Of a stretch of DNA of 64,000 bases, positions 54,752 through 63,884 are shown in pieces. This DNA is from an uncultured Actinomycetes bacterium. Lineage in GTDB: Bacteria; Actinomycetota; Thermoleophilia; Gaiellales; Gaiellaceae. The notes under the pieces are model-generated. The model did not search any database, was not told the DNA's origin, and saw nothing but the letters and a program-made list of their open reading frames with translations. The stretch is taken from assembly GCA_963716865.1 (NCBI GenBank), contig CAVQUF010000002.1:86316-150315 (forward strand), read 5' to 3'. Position 1 is the stretch's first letter. Every line of letters starts with the position of its first letter. The position numbers and the translations under genes were made by a program.

Positions 54752-55809
54752 GGCTGCCAGCCGAAGATCTCCAGCCGCGCCGTGTCGAGGTCGACGGGCA
54801 AGGGGCGCGCGCCTCCGCCTCCGCCGCGGGCGACGTACACGGCCGCCGTCGAGGACGAGGCGAACGCGAGGTAGCGGCCGTTCGAGGACCACGCGAGCGA
54901 GTCGGCCGGCGCGGGTAGGTCGGCGGTGCGCTGGACTCCCCTGGGGTACAGGAAGCCGATCGCGCTGCCCCGGCCGTAGACCACCGTCCCGTCGCGCAGG
55001 AACTGGGCGTCGTGCACGAAGCCGAGACCGCGTTCCTTTTTCGCCGTCCAGAGGTAGGTCGGGTGCGAGAGCAGCGCGCCCGAGGACTCGTACAGGATCC
55101 GGCCGCCGGGGCCCCACTGGATGCGTTCCCCGGAGCCGCCGGTCCCGAGCGACCGGACCTGGCCGCCCGACACAGGGACGGCCAGCAGCGTGAGCTCGGC
55201 GATCGGGTAGTCGAGCCCGGGGGCGAAGGCGAGCAGGCGGCCGTTCGGCGACCAGGCCAGCCCGTCCGCGTGCCGGACGACGAGCTGGGGGCTGCCGCCG
55301 GTGGCCGGGACGACGTACAGGTAGTTGTCGCTCTCGCGCCGTCGGGAGAGGAAGGCCACCTGCTTGCCGTCCGGGGACCACCGCGCGCCGAACTCGTCGC
55401 GGTCCTTCGTCGGCGTCAGATCGAGTGGCGGGCCGCCTCCGGCCGGGAAGCTCAGGACGTCGTCGCTTCTGCGCCGGCGGGCGGTCACGAGGACGTGCGT
55501 CCCGTCGGGCGACCACTCCGGCTGCTCGAGCGGGTCGACACCGCGGGCCAGCAGGCGGGCGGCCCCGCTCGCGGCGTTCACCACGTAGAGCCTGGCGGTG
55601 GAACCGGTCGCGACCGTGGCCAGGAAGGATCCACTGACCTGCACCGGAGGCCCGACCTGCGTCAGCGTGGTCGTCGTCTGCGCCTTGGTGATGCCGCTCG
55701 GCTGCGTCGCGGTGGACGCCGTCCGCGCCTGGGTCGGCGAGGTCGTGCCCGAGTCGCAACCCGCAGCGAGCACGACGACCAGCGCGACGAAGAGGGCCTG
55801 TCGAGCCAT
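54730..55809 (-). CDS. TolB-like beta-propeller lipoprotein (PD40/WD40-like repeats)
   Basis: Lipobox VVLAAGC. Repeated WSPDG/WSPNG blades (EWSPDGTHVL, ARWSPDGKQVAFLS, LAWSPNGRLLAFA, LAWSSNGRYLAFA). The upstream part of track ORF 54730..57105 is antisense to the GT2. Confidence 0.8.
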   Translation of the reverse strand: MARQALFVALVVVLAAGCDSGTTSPTQARTASTATQPSGITKAQTTTTLTQVGPPVQVSGSFLATVATGSTARLYVVNAASGAARLLARGVDPLEQPEWSPDGTHVLVTARRRRSDDVLSFPAGGGPPLDLTPTKDRDEFGARWSPDGKQVAFLSRRRESDNYLYVVPATGGSPQLVVRHADGLAWSPNGRLLAFAPGLDYPIAELTLLAVPVSGGQVRSLGTGGSGERIQWGPGGRILYESSGALLSHPTYLWTAKKERGLGFVHDAQFLRDGTVVYGRGSAIGFLYPRGVQRTADLPAPADSLAWSSNGRYLAFASSSTAAVYVARGGGGGARPLPVDLDTARLEIFGWQPQPAGAR

Positions 55810-55872
55810 CGTGGCCGCGACCCTACCGCGCTTGTCGGAGGATTGGCGGCGATCCTCTAGTACCGTGAACCC

Positions 55873-56985
55873 GTGATCCTGAAGGCGCTTTTCTGGGGCA
55901 GCCTGGGCGGGCTCGCATGGACGCACGTCGGCTACCCGCTCGCCGCGGCCGGCCTGCGACGGGTGCGCGGGCGCGAGATCGCGAAGGCCGACATCACGCC
56001 GAGCGTCACGCTGATCGTCCCCGCTCACGACGAGGAGGACGTGATCGGCCCGCGGGTCGAGAACCTGCTGGAGCTCGACTACCCGCAGGAGAAGCTCGAG
56101 CTCGTCGTCGCCTCGGACGGCTCGACCGACCGCACGGACGAGATCGTCGCCGCGCACGACGGCCGCGTGCGCCTCCTGCAGTGCGAGCGCGCCGGGAAGC
56201 TGCCGTCGATGAACCGCGCCGTGCGAGAGACCGAGAGCGAGATCGTCGCGTTCGGAGACGCGAACGCGACCTGGGCGCCCGACGCCCTGCGCAAGCTCGT
56301 TCGCAGCTTCGCCGACCCCGACGTCGCCTACGTCTGCGGCCAGGTGCGCTTCCAGCGGCAGGACGGCACGAACAAGGAAGGCCTCTACTGGCGCTACGAG
56401 CTGTGGCTGCGGGAGAGCGAGTCGGGCCTCGGCTCGATCACCGGCGGCAACGGCGCGATCTACGCGGTCCGGCGCTCGGACTACGTCGAGTGGCCGTTCG
56501 GGCACGACCTCGGCTTCCCGGCCCTGATGGTGCAGCGCGGCCGCCGCGCCGTCTACGAGCCCCAGGCGCTCGCGTTCGAGAAGCCCTCGCGCGACATCGA
56601 GGACGAGTACCGGCGCAAGGTGCGGATGCTGCCCTGGTCGTGGCGGCACCTGTTCGAGGCCGGAAGCATGCGCGGCGTCCCGCCGCTCTACCTCGCGGAG
56701 CTCGTCTCCCACCGCGTCCTCCGCTACGCGAGCGGCTTCCTCCACCTGGCGCTGCTGACGACGAGCGCCGCGCTCGCGCGCGAGGGGCTGGTGTACCAGG
56801 CGGCGCTCGCCGCCCAGGCCGGGTGGCTCGCGCTCGCCGCGGCCGGGAAGCTGCGCCTGAAGGTCCCGGGCGCGGGAATCGCCTACTACTACCTGCTGAT
56901 GAGCTGGGCGACGGTCGTCGCGCTGGGCCGCTACCTGCGCGAGGGCGCCCCGCTCATGTGGGAGAAAGCGGAGGGAACGCGCTAG
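55873..56985 (+). CDS. Glycosyltransferase family 2 (membrane-associated, synthase-like)
   Basis: VTLIVPAHDEEDVI, VASDGSTDRT, FGDANA, GGNGAIYAVRR, plus C-terminal TM segments. Confidence 0.9.
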   Translation: MILKALFWGSLGGLAWTHVGYPLAAAGLRRVRGREIAKADITPSVTLIVPAHDEEDVIGPRVENLLELDYPQEKLELVVASDGSTDRTDEIVAAHDGRVRLLQCERAGKLPSMNRAVRETESEIVAFGDANATWAPDALRKLVRSFADPDVAYVCGQVRFQRQDGTNKEGLYWRYELWLRESESGLGSITGGNGAIYAVRRSDYVEWPFGHDLGFPALMVQRGRRAVYEPQALAFEKPSRDIEDEYRRKVRMLPWSWRHLFEAGSMRGVPPLYLAELVSHRVLRYASGFLHLALLTTSAALAREGLVYQAALAAQAGWLALAAAGKLRLKVPGAGIAYYYLLMSWATVVALGRYLREGAPLMWEKAEGTR

Positions 56986-57027
56986 CGCCGGCGAAGCAGC
57001 CGCAAGGACGTCTAGCCTGCCGTAGTT

Positions 57028-58440
57028 GTGCGTCGCCTCGGGGTCAGAGTGCTCGTCGTGCTGCCGCTGCTCGGTCTCGTGGCCGCCTGCGGCGAGAGCA
57101 AGCACGCGGATCCGCAGCTGCCGAAGAAAGCGGCTCCGGCCGTCCTGCGCCCGCCGGCCGTTCAGAAGCCGCGGCCCTCGTACGTCCGCGTCTTCGTGTT
57201 CGACGGAGACCTCGGCACGCCGGTCAGGGGCGCGCTCGTCCGCGTCATGGGCCGCCCCGGGCGAACCGACCGGATCGGGAAGGCGCGCATCCTGCTACCG
57301 CACCGGGGCCGGCTGCTGGTCACCGTGGGCAAGCGCGGGTACGACCGCTACCGCCAGCGGCTCAACTTCGTCAACCGCCCGCTGGTCGGCGTCCGCGTCT
57401 ACCAGCAGAAGCTGCAGTGGACGATGTACGGCGCCACCCCGCAACGGGCGCAGGCGCATCCGTACATCCGCGTCCGCCCGCCGTTCAGGACGGTCTGGAG
57501 CCGCGCGGCTGGCGCCCTGCTCGAGTTCCCGGCCGTCGTTGACGACGGGGTCGCGTTCGTCTCGAACTACAAGGGCAGCGTCCGCGCCTACCTGATGCGC
57601 AGCGGCGCGACAGTCTGGCGCCGGGACATCGGTGGGATGATGGCGGCGTCGCCTGCGGTCTACGGCCGCGAGCTGGTCGTACACGGAATGGACGGGTACG
57701 TCTGGGTGCTGAACCGCTACAACGGGCGCGTGCTCTGGCACTACGCGGCCGGCTCGCCGATCGAGTCCTCGCCGCTGGTGGTGAACGGCATCAACTACTT
57801 TGGCGACTGGGGCGGGACCGTCACAGCGCTCGACCTGCGCACGCACCGGGTGCGCTGGACTTACCGCTCCGGCTACAAGATCACCTCCAGCGCCTCCTTC
57901 TCGAACGGGACGGTCTACATCGGCGACTACGGCGGGCGGCTGCTGGCGCTGCGCGCCGGCAACGGGCAGCTCGGCTGGTCGGCCAGCGTCAACGGCCGGA
58001 TCTACGGGACACCTGCGGTGGCGGGCGGCCGCGTCTTCGTGTCGTCGTCCACCGGCGGCTCGCTGACGGCGTTCTCGACCAGCGGCGGGCGGCTGTGGTC
58101 GCTGACCACGGACTCATACGTCTACTCGTCTCCGGCCGTCTGGAACGGCCGGGTCTACATCGGCTCCTACAACGGCGTCTTCTACTGCCTCGCGGCCAAG
58201 AGCGGGGCTGCGCTGTGGCACTTCTCGACCGCGGGGGCGATCGGGGGGGCGCCGACGATCGTCGACGGGATCGCGTACTTCAGCAACAGGCAGCACCGGA
58301 TCTACGGCGTGAGCGCGCTCACCGGCAGGCAGGTGTTTCGCTTTCGCGACGGGGCCTTCGTGCCCGTCTCCGGGAACGGGCGACTTCTGCTCCTGCACGG
58401 GTTCTCGCGGCTCTACGCGGTCGAGCCCCGGCGCAGATGA
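57028..58440 (+). CDS. PQQ-like (BamB-type) beta-propeller lipoprotein with an N-terminal carboxypeptidase-regulatory-like domain
   Basis: Lipobox LVAAC and six or more repeats of the type YVWVLNRYNGRVLWHY / VFYCLAAKSGAALWHF. Confidence 0.8.
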   Translation: MRRLGVRVLVVLPLLGLVAACGESKHADPQLPKKAAPAVLRPPAVQKPRPSYVRVFVFDGDLGTPVRGALVRVMGRPGRTDRIGKARILLPHRGRLLVTVGKRGYDRYRQRLNFVNRPLVGVRVYQQKLQWTMYGATPQRAQAHPYIRVRPPFRTVWSRAAGALLEFPAVVDDGVAFVSNYKGSVRAYLMRSGATVWRRDIGGMMAASPAVYGRELVVHGMDGYVWVLNRYNGRVLWHYAAGSPIESSPLVVNGINYFGDWGGTVTALDLRTHRVRWTYRSGYKITSSASFSNGTVYIGDYGGRLLALRAGNGQLGWSASVNGRIYGTPAVAGGRVFVSSSTGGSLTAFSTSGGRLWSLTTDSYVYSSPAVWNGRVYIGSYNGVFYCLAAKSGAALWHFSTAGAIGGAPTIVDGIAYFSNRQHRIYGVSALTGRQVFRFRDGAFVPVSGNGRLLLLHGFSRLYAVEPRRR

Positions 58441-59690
58441 AGAAGCTCCTGCTCGGCGTGGCAGCGGCCCTTGCGCTCGTCCTCGCCGGCCTGGTCTCCT
58501 ACGGGCTCTACCGCAAGCACCAGGGCCAGGACGTCCGCGGCTCCTCGTCGGTCGAGTTCGTCACGACGCAGGCGAAGCAGCCGGCCAAGCCGGCGAACAA
58601 GTTCGTCTGGCCCATGTACCGCTTCGACCCGTCGCGCGAGGCTGCGCCCGAGGGGATTCTCCGGACGGTCCGTCCGCCCTACCGGTCGGAGTGGTACTTC
58701 GGCGCGCGCGCCCTCGTCGAGTTCCCGCCCGCGATCGCCCACGCGCGTCTCTACGTGTCCAATGCGAACGGGGCCGTCTTCGCGCTGGACACGGCTCTGA
58801 GAGGGGCGATCTGGCGTTTCCAGACCGCGCGCTGCAGCGCGGCCACCCCGGCGGTCGCCGGGCACACCGTCTTCATGTCCTTCCTCAACAAGCCGCCCTG
58901 CAACGCCACGCGCTCGGGGCTCGACGGCCAGGTCGTGGCGCTCGACGCCGACACGGGAAAGGTCCGCTGGCGCGTGTCGATGGGCCCGACGGAGTCGTCG
59001 CCGCTCGTCGTGGGCGGACTCGTCTACGTGGGCGACTGGCGAGGGAGGGTCTACGCGCTCAGCACGAGGACGGGACGAACGGTCTGGGCCTACCAGACCG
59101 GCGACAAGGTCAAGGACGGGGTCGCGTACGCGGGCGGTCGCGTCTACTTCGGCTCCTACGACCACCACGTCTACGCGCTGACGGCACGGACTGGGCGCCT
59201 CGTGTGGAAGGCGTCGGCCCAGGAACGGCTCGGCCCGCGTGGCACGTTCTACTCAACGCCCGCAGTCGCCTACGGCCGCGTCTACATCGGCGCGACCGAC
59301 CACAAGGTCTACTCGTTCGGAGCGACGAGCGGCAAGCTGCGCTGGTCGCACGGGACCGGCGGCTACGTCTATGGCTCGCCCGCCGTGTGGCGGCGGCGCG
59401 TCTTCGTCGGCTCCTACGACGGCACGTTCTACTGCTTCGACGCCGCCACGGGAGAAATCCGCTGGAGCTTCAAGGCGAACGGGCCGATCTCCGGCTCGGC
59501 GGTCGTGATCAACGGGTTCGTGTACTTCTCCACTCTCAGCGGCCGCACGTACGCGCTCGACGCGAAGACCGGCAAGCCGGTCTGGTACTTCCGGCGCGGC
59601 AAGTACGCGGGGGTCGTCTCCGACGGCAAGCAGCTCTTCCTCGTTGGCTATGCGCGCGTCTTCGCCCTCGCGCCGCGAGGCCGTAGGTAG
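58437..59690 (+). CDS. PQQ-like beta-propeller protein, membrane-anchored (paralogue of the preceding gene)
   Basis: N-terminal TM LLLGVAAALALVLAGLV. Repeats VYALSTRTGRTVWAY and FYCFDAATGEIRWSF. ATGA overlap upstream. Confidence 0.8.
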   Translation: MKKLLLGVAAALALVLAGLVSYGLYRKHQGQDVRGSSSVEFVTTQAKQPAKPANKFVWPMYRFDPSREAAPEGILRTVRPPYRSEWYFGARALVEFPPAIAHARLYVSNANGAVFALDTALRGAIWRFQTARCSAATPAVAGHTVFMSFLNKPPCNATRSGLDGQVVALDADTGKVRWRVSMGPTESSPLVVGGLVYVGDWRGRVYALSTRTGRTVWAYQTGDKVKDGVAYAGGRVYFGSYDHHVYALTARTGRLVWKASAQERLGPRGTFYSTPAVAYGRVYIGATDHKVYSFGATSGKLRWSHGTGGYVYGSPAVWRRRVFVGSYDGTFYCFDAATGEIRWSFKANGPISGSAVVINGFVYFSTLSGRTYALDAKTGKPVWYFRRGKYAGVVSDGKQLFLVGYARVFALAPRGRR

Positions 59691-59703
59691 AGTCGCGCCG
59701 GCG

Positions 59704-60546
59704 ATGAGCACCTCGACGGAACCCCGCCCGGCCGAGCAGCAGCCGTCGGACCCGGACGCCGAGCGCGAGGTCGACCTCCACCGCTACTGGAACGCGCTCC
59801 TGCTGCGCTGGTGGCTCCCGGCCGCAGGCCTCGTGGGCGGGATCGTGGTCGGGCTGCTCGTCTCGATCGGCGGCAGCCAGGTGTACACGGCGAAGTCGAC
59901 CGTCTACCTCGGGCAGCCGCTCTCGCCGACGGGCGCGGTGATCCTTCAGAGCGACGCCACCAACCCGTCCACGGTCCCTCAGATCATCCACAGCGAGGCA
60001 GCGCTCCGGCAGGCGGCCCGCGCGGCGGGGATGCCGGTCTCCAAGCTCCGCGGCAACGTCACCTCGCGCCCGGTCTCCGGCGCGCTGACGAAGCTCGGCC
60101 AGACGCCGCTCGTGCTGATCACCGTTACCGGGAGCGCGCCGCGCCAGACACAGGTCGCGACGAACAAGCTCGCCCAGATCGTCATTGCCCAGACGTCGAC
60201 GTACGTGACGCAGCTGGTCGCGAGCCTCAACAGCCAGATCGACGGCTACACGCAATCGCTGGCAGCCATCGACCGCGCGTCGAGCGGGCTCTCGCCGACC
60301 GACAGGCTGATCGCCTCGATCCAGCGCGCCCAGATCGTCGATCAGCTGACCACCGCCAAGCAGCAGCTCGCGGTGGTGCAGGCGGTCATGAAGGGCAAGC
60401 AGGAGACCTTCGCCGTCGCGACCAAGACGACCGCGCGCAGCCGCCGCAACACCGTGATCGTGGCGGCCCTGATCGGGCTCCTGCTCGGGATCTTCGCCGC
60501 GCTCCTGTGGGAGCCTGTGGCCCGGGTCGTCCGCCGGAACGCATAA
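59704..60546 (+). CDS. Wzz-like polysaccharide co-polymerase / chain-length determinant (no kinase domain)
   Basis: A TM at each end (WWLPAAGLVGGIVVGLLV; VIVAALIGLLLGIFAAL) around a helical Gln/Ala-rich periplasmic-type domain. ATG 59704. Confidence 0.65.
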   Translation: MSTSTEPRPAEQQPSDPDAEREVDLHRYWNALLLRWWLPAAGLVGGIVVGLLVSIGGSQVYTAKSTVYLGQPLSPTGAVILQSDATNPSTVPQIIHSEAALRQAARAAGMPVSKLRGNVTSRPVSGALTKLGQTPLVLITVTGSAPRQTQVATNKLAQIVIAQTSTYVTQLVASLNSQIDGYTQSLAAIDRASSGLSPTDRLIASIQRAQIVDQLTTAKQQLAVVQAVMKGKQETFAVATKTTARSRRNTVIVAALIGLLLGIFAALLWEPVARVVRRNA

Positions 60547-60555
60547 CCTCGGGCG

Positions 60556-61524
60556 GTGCTGGACGGCAAGCGGGTGGCCGTCGTCGTGCCCGCGCACGAC
60601 GAAGAGAAGCTGATCGCGGAGACGATCCGCAGCATTCCCTACTTCGTGGATCGCATCTACGTGGTCGACGACGCCTCGCGCGACGACACGGTCGCCCTGG
60701 CCCGCGCCCTCGACGACGAGCGGGTCGAGGTGATCGAGCACGAGCGCAACCTCGGCGTGGGCGCCGCGATCGTCACCGGCTACCGGCGCGCGCTCGAGGA
60801 GCGGATGGACGCCACCGCGGTGATGGCCGCGGACGCGCAGATGGACCCGGCCGACCTGGAGACGCTCATGCGCCCGGTCGCGCTCGGCGAGGTCGACTAC
60901 GCGAAGGCGAACCGGCTCTTCACCGGCCAGGCCTGGGAGGTGATCCCGCGGTACCGCTACCTGGGGAACGCGCTGCTGAGCCTGTTCACGAAGATCGCCT
61001 CGGGGTACTGGCACGTCGCCGACTCGCAGTCGGGCTACACGGCGGTCTCGCTCGAGTACCTCGAGCTGCTCGACCTCCACCGGCTGTACCCACGCTACGG
61101 CTTCCCGAACGACATGCTCGTCCACCTCAACGTCTGGAACGCGCGCGTGCGCGACTACCCGTCACGGCCGATCTACGGCGTGGGCGAGCGCTCCGGGATC
61201 AGGCTGCGCAAGGTCGTGCCCTCGATCTCCTGGCTTTTGTTCAAGGCCTTCTGGTGGCGCATGTGGCAGAAGTACGTGATCCGGGACTTCCACCCGCTCG
61301 TCTTCTTCTACGTGCTCGGCATCGTCATGCTCGGGCTCGGGCTGGGACTCGGGATCGCGGAGGTGGTTCTGCGCAGCCTCGGGAACCCCATTACCGCCGC
61401 GAGTGTCGTCCTGGTCGCGCTCCTGCTGATCTTCGGCCTGCAGTTCTCGCTCTTCGCGATGTGGTTCGACATGGAGTCGAACCGCGACCTCGGCGGCCGC
61501 GGGCGGCGCCACACCGACCGCTAG
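60556..61524 (+). CDS. Glycosyltransferase family 2 (polyprenyl-phosphate glycosyltransferase-like, C-terminal TMs)
   Basis: VAVVVPAHDEEKLI, YVVDDASRDDT, plus two C-terminal TM helices. Confidence 0.9.
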   Translation: MLDGKRVAVVVPAHDEEKLIAETIRSIPYFVDRIYVVDDASRDDTVALARALDDERVEVIEHERNLGVGAAIVTGYRRALEERMDATAVMAADAQMDPADLETLMRPVALGEVDYAKANRLFTGQAWEVIPRYRYLGNALLSLFTKIASGYWHVADSQSGYTAVSLEYLELLDLHRLYPRYGFPNDMLVHLNVWNARVRDYPSRPIYGVGERSGIRLRKVVPSISWLLFKAFWWRMWQKYVIRDFHPLVFFYVLGIVMLGLGLGLGIAEVVLRSLGNPITAASVVLVALLLIFGLQFSLFAMWFDMESNRDLGGRGRRHTDR

Positions 61525-62693
61525 TCGAGTACCGGGATGCTCCGGGCGGCGCACATCTCCTTGAGGATCTGCGGCCAGACGGCGACGCTCACCTCACCCA
61601 GGTGGGCCTTGCGAAGCAGGAGCATCATCGTGCGCGACTGGCCGATCCCGGCGCCGATCGAGAGCGGGATCTCGTCGCGCAGGATCGCCTGGTGGTACGG
61701 GAGCTCGAGGAAGTCGAGCTGGCCGGAGAGCTCGAGTTGCCTCACGAGGGACTCCTTGGTCACCCGGATCCCGCCCGACATCAGCTCGTGGCGTCGGCGC
61801 GTGACCGGGTTCCAGACGAGGATGTCGCCGTTCAGCCCGTGCATCGGGCGCCCGTCGGCCGAGACCGTCTCGGTCGACCAGTCGTCGTAGTCGGCGGCGC
61901 GAAGCTCGTGCGGGTAGCCGTCGGCGAGCGGCCAGCCGATCCCGTAGATGAAGATCGCCGGGTGCTCCTGGAGGATCTGCGTCTCGCGCTGCTTGCGTGG
62001 GAGGTCGGGGTACGCGGCGAGGATGTCCTCCGCGTGCAGGAACTCGAGCTCGCTCGGGAGCTCCGGATAGCGCGGGTCGGCGAGCGTCGGGCAGCGCTCG
62101 CGGAGGAACGAGTCGGCCTCCTTCAGCACCCTCCAGATCGCGCGCACGGTCTCGGTCAGGTAGCCGAGCGTGCGGTCATCGGCCGCGATCGCGCGCTCCC
62201 AGTCCCACTGATCGACGTAGGCGGAGTGGTCGTGGTCGAGGAAGTAGTCCTTGCGTACCGCGCGCATGTCGGTGAGCAGGCCCTCGCCGCGGCCCATCCC
62301 GAACTGGCGCAGGGCCATCCGCTTCCACTTCGTCGCCGCCTGGACGACCTCCGCGTCGAGCGGGTGCGCCTCCCGGTCGTTCGAGATGTGGAATTGGACC
62401 GGCGTCCGTGAGCCGTCGCGGTCGAGATAGTCGTTGACGCCGCTGGCCGCGTCGACGATCAGCGGCACCTGCACCATCGTGAGATTCAGCTCCTCGCAGA
62501 GCCGGTCCTCGATCAGTCGCTTTGCCGCGTAGAGCGCCTGCATCGTCTCCCTCGGCTCGAGCAGGGGCCGGTAGTCGGCCGGCAGGACTCGCTCGAGCTT
62601 GGCGTAGTCGCCGATGCCAGGGCCGGCGAGGTCGGCTTCCTTGGGGGAGATGCCCACGGCCCGATGCTGCTCGACCGACCGGGGGCGGAGCAT
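61521..62693 (-). CDS. asnA: Aspartate--ammonia ligase (AsnA, class II aaRS-like)
   Basis: YVDQWDWER, DYDDWS, LNGDILVWNPV and GIGQSR all align to E. coli AsnA as I recall it. There is an N-terminal extension of about 50 aa, and the start is uncertain. Confidence 0.85.
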   Translation of the reverse strand: MLRPRSVEQHRAVGISPKEADLAGPGIGDYAKLERVLPADYRPLLEPRETMQALYAAKRLIEDRLCEELNLTMVQVPLIVDAASGVNDYLDRDGSRTPVQFHISNDREAHPLDAEVVQAATKWKRMALRQFGMGRGEGLLTDMRAVRKDYFLDHDHSAYVDQWDWERAIAADDRTLGYLTETVRAIWRVLKEADSFLRERCPTLADPRYPELPSELEFLHAEDILAAYPDLPRKQRETQILQEHPAIFIYGIGWPLADGYPHELRAADYDDWSTETVSADGRPMHGLNGDILVWNPVTRRRHELMSGGIRVTKESLVRQLELSGQLDFLELPYHQAILRDEIPLSIGAGIGQSRTMMLLLRKAHLGEVSVAVWPQILKEMCAARSIPVLD

Positions 62694-62765
62694 CCGTGCA
62701 ACTGCTGATCCCCGTTCGGGGAACTACGTGCCGTCGGTCGCACCGACTAGCGGCATGATGGACTC

Positions 62766-63884
62766 GTGCACGCGACCTTCTCCCTCGGCCGGATCGCCGG
62801 CGTCGAGATCGGCGTCAACTGGAGCTGGGCGATCGTCTTCGCCCTGATCGTCTGGTCGCTCGCTTCCGCGGTCTTCCCCACCCAGAACCCCGGCTACTCG
62901 AACGGCGCGTACCTCGCGATGGCCCTCGTGGCGGCGTTCATGTTCTTCGCCTCGCTGCTCCTGCACGAGCTCGGGCACGCCGTCCAGGCGCGCCGCGAGG
63001 GGGTCGGGATCGAGGGCATCACGCTGTGGCTCTTTGGCGGCGTCGCACGGCTCAAGGGCGACCTGCCGAGCGCGGGCGCGGAGTTCCGGATCGCGATCGC
63101 GGGGCCGCTCGTGACCCTCGTGCTCGGAGCGGCGTTCGTGGCGGTCGCCGCGCTGGCCGGGCTCCCCGCGCCGGCCGACGGGGTCGCGGCCTGGCTGGGG
63201 TACATCAACCTCTTCCTGCTCGCCTTCAACCTGATCCCGGCGCTTCCCCTGGACGGCGGGCGCGTGCTGCGCGCGGCGCTCTGGGGGGCGAAGCACGACT
63301 TCCACTGGGCGACCGTGATCGCGGCGGACATCGGCCGGGCCTTCGGCTTCCTGATGATCGCGGGTGGACTGCTGCTGCTGATCGTCCAGGGCACCTTCAG
63401 CGGCGCCTGGCTCGCGTTCCTCGGCTGGTTCCTCCTCGGCGCCGCGGGGGCGGAGGCCCGCTACCTCGCCGTCCGGGAGGCGCTCGCCGGCCTGAAGGTC
63501 GGGCAGTTGATGATCCCCGATCCGGTGACGGCGGATCCCGAGCAGACGCTCGGGGAGTTCATGGACGAAGTCGCCGGAGTCGCCCGCTTCACCGCCTATC
63601 CGGTCGTGCGCCACGGCGAGGCCCTTGGTGCGCTCCCGCTGCGGCGCGTCCTTGAGACACCTCGCAGCGAGTGGGACGAGCGCCACGTCGGGGAGTGCAT
63701 GCTCTCCCTGGACGAGGTTCCCGTACTGCGCGCCGACGACGACGCCCTGCAAGGGTTCGCCGAGCTGGCCGAGAACGATCTGCACCGCGCACTGGTGGTC
63801 GAGAACGGACACCTCGCGGGGTTCGTCTCGATCACCGATGTGGCCCGGCTGTTGGCCGCGCCGCGCGTGCGGGCTGGACGCTAG
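62766..63884 (+). CDS. Site-2 protease family (M50) zinc metalloprotease with C-terminal CBS pair
   Basis: HELGH, NLIPALPLDGGR, and C-terminal CBS-like repeats. Confidence 0.85.
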   Translation: MHATFSLGRIAGVEIGVNWSWAIVFALIVWSLASAVFPTQNPGYSNGAYLAMALVAAFMFFASLLLHELGHAVQARREGVGIEGITLWLFGGVARLKGDLPSAGAEFRIAIAGPLVTLVLGAAFVAVAALAGLPAPADGVAAWLGYINLFLLAFNLIPALPLDGGRVLRAALWGAKHDFHWATVIAADIGRAFGFLMIAGGLLLLIVQGTFSGAWLAFLGWFLLGAAGAEARYLAVREALAGLKVGQLMIPDPVTADPEQTLGEFMDEVAGVARFTAYPVVRHGEALGALPLRRVLETPRSEWDERHVGECMLSLDEVPVLRADDDALQGFAELAENDLHRALVVENGHLAGFVSITDVARLLAAPRVRAGR

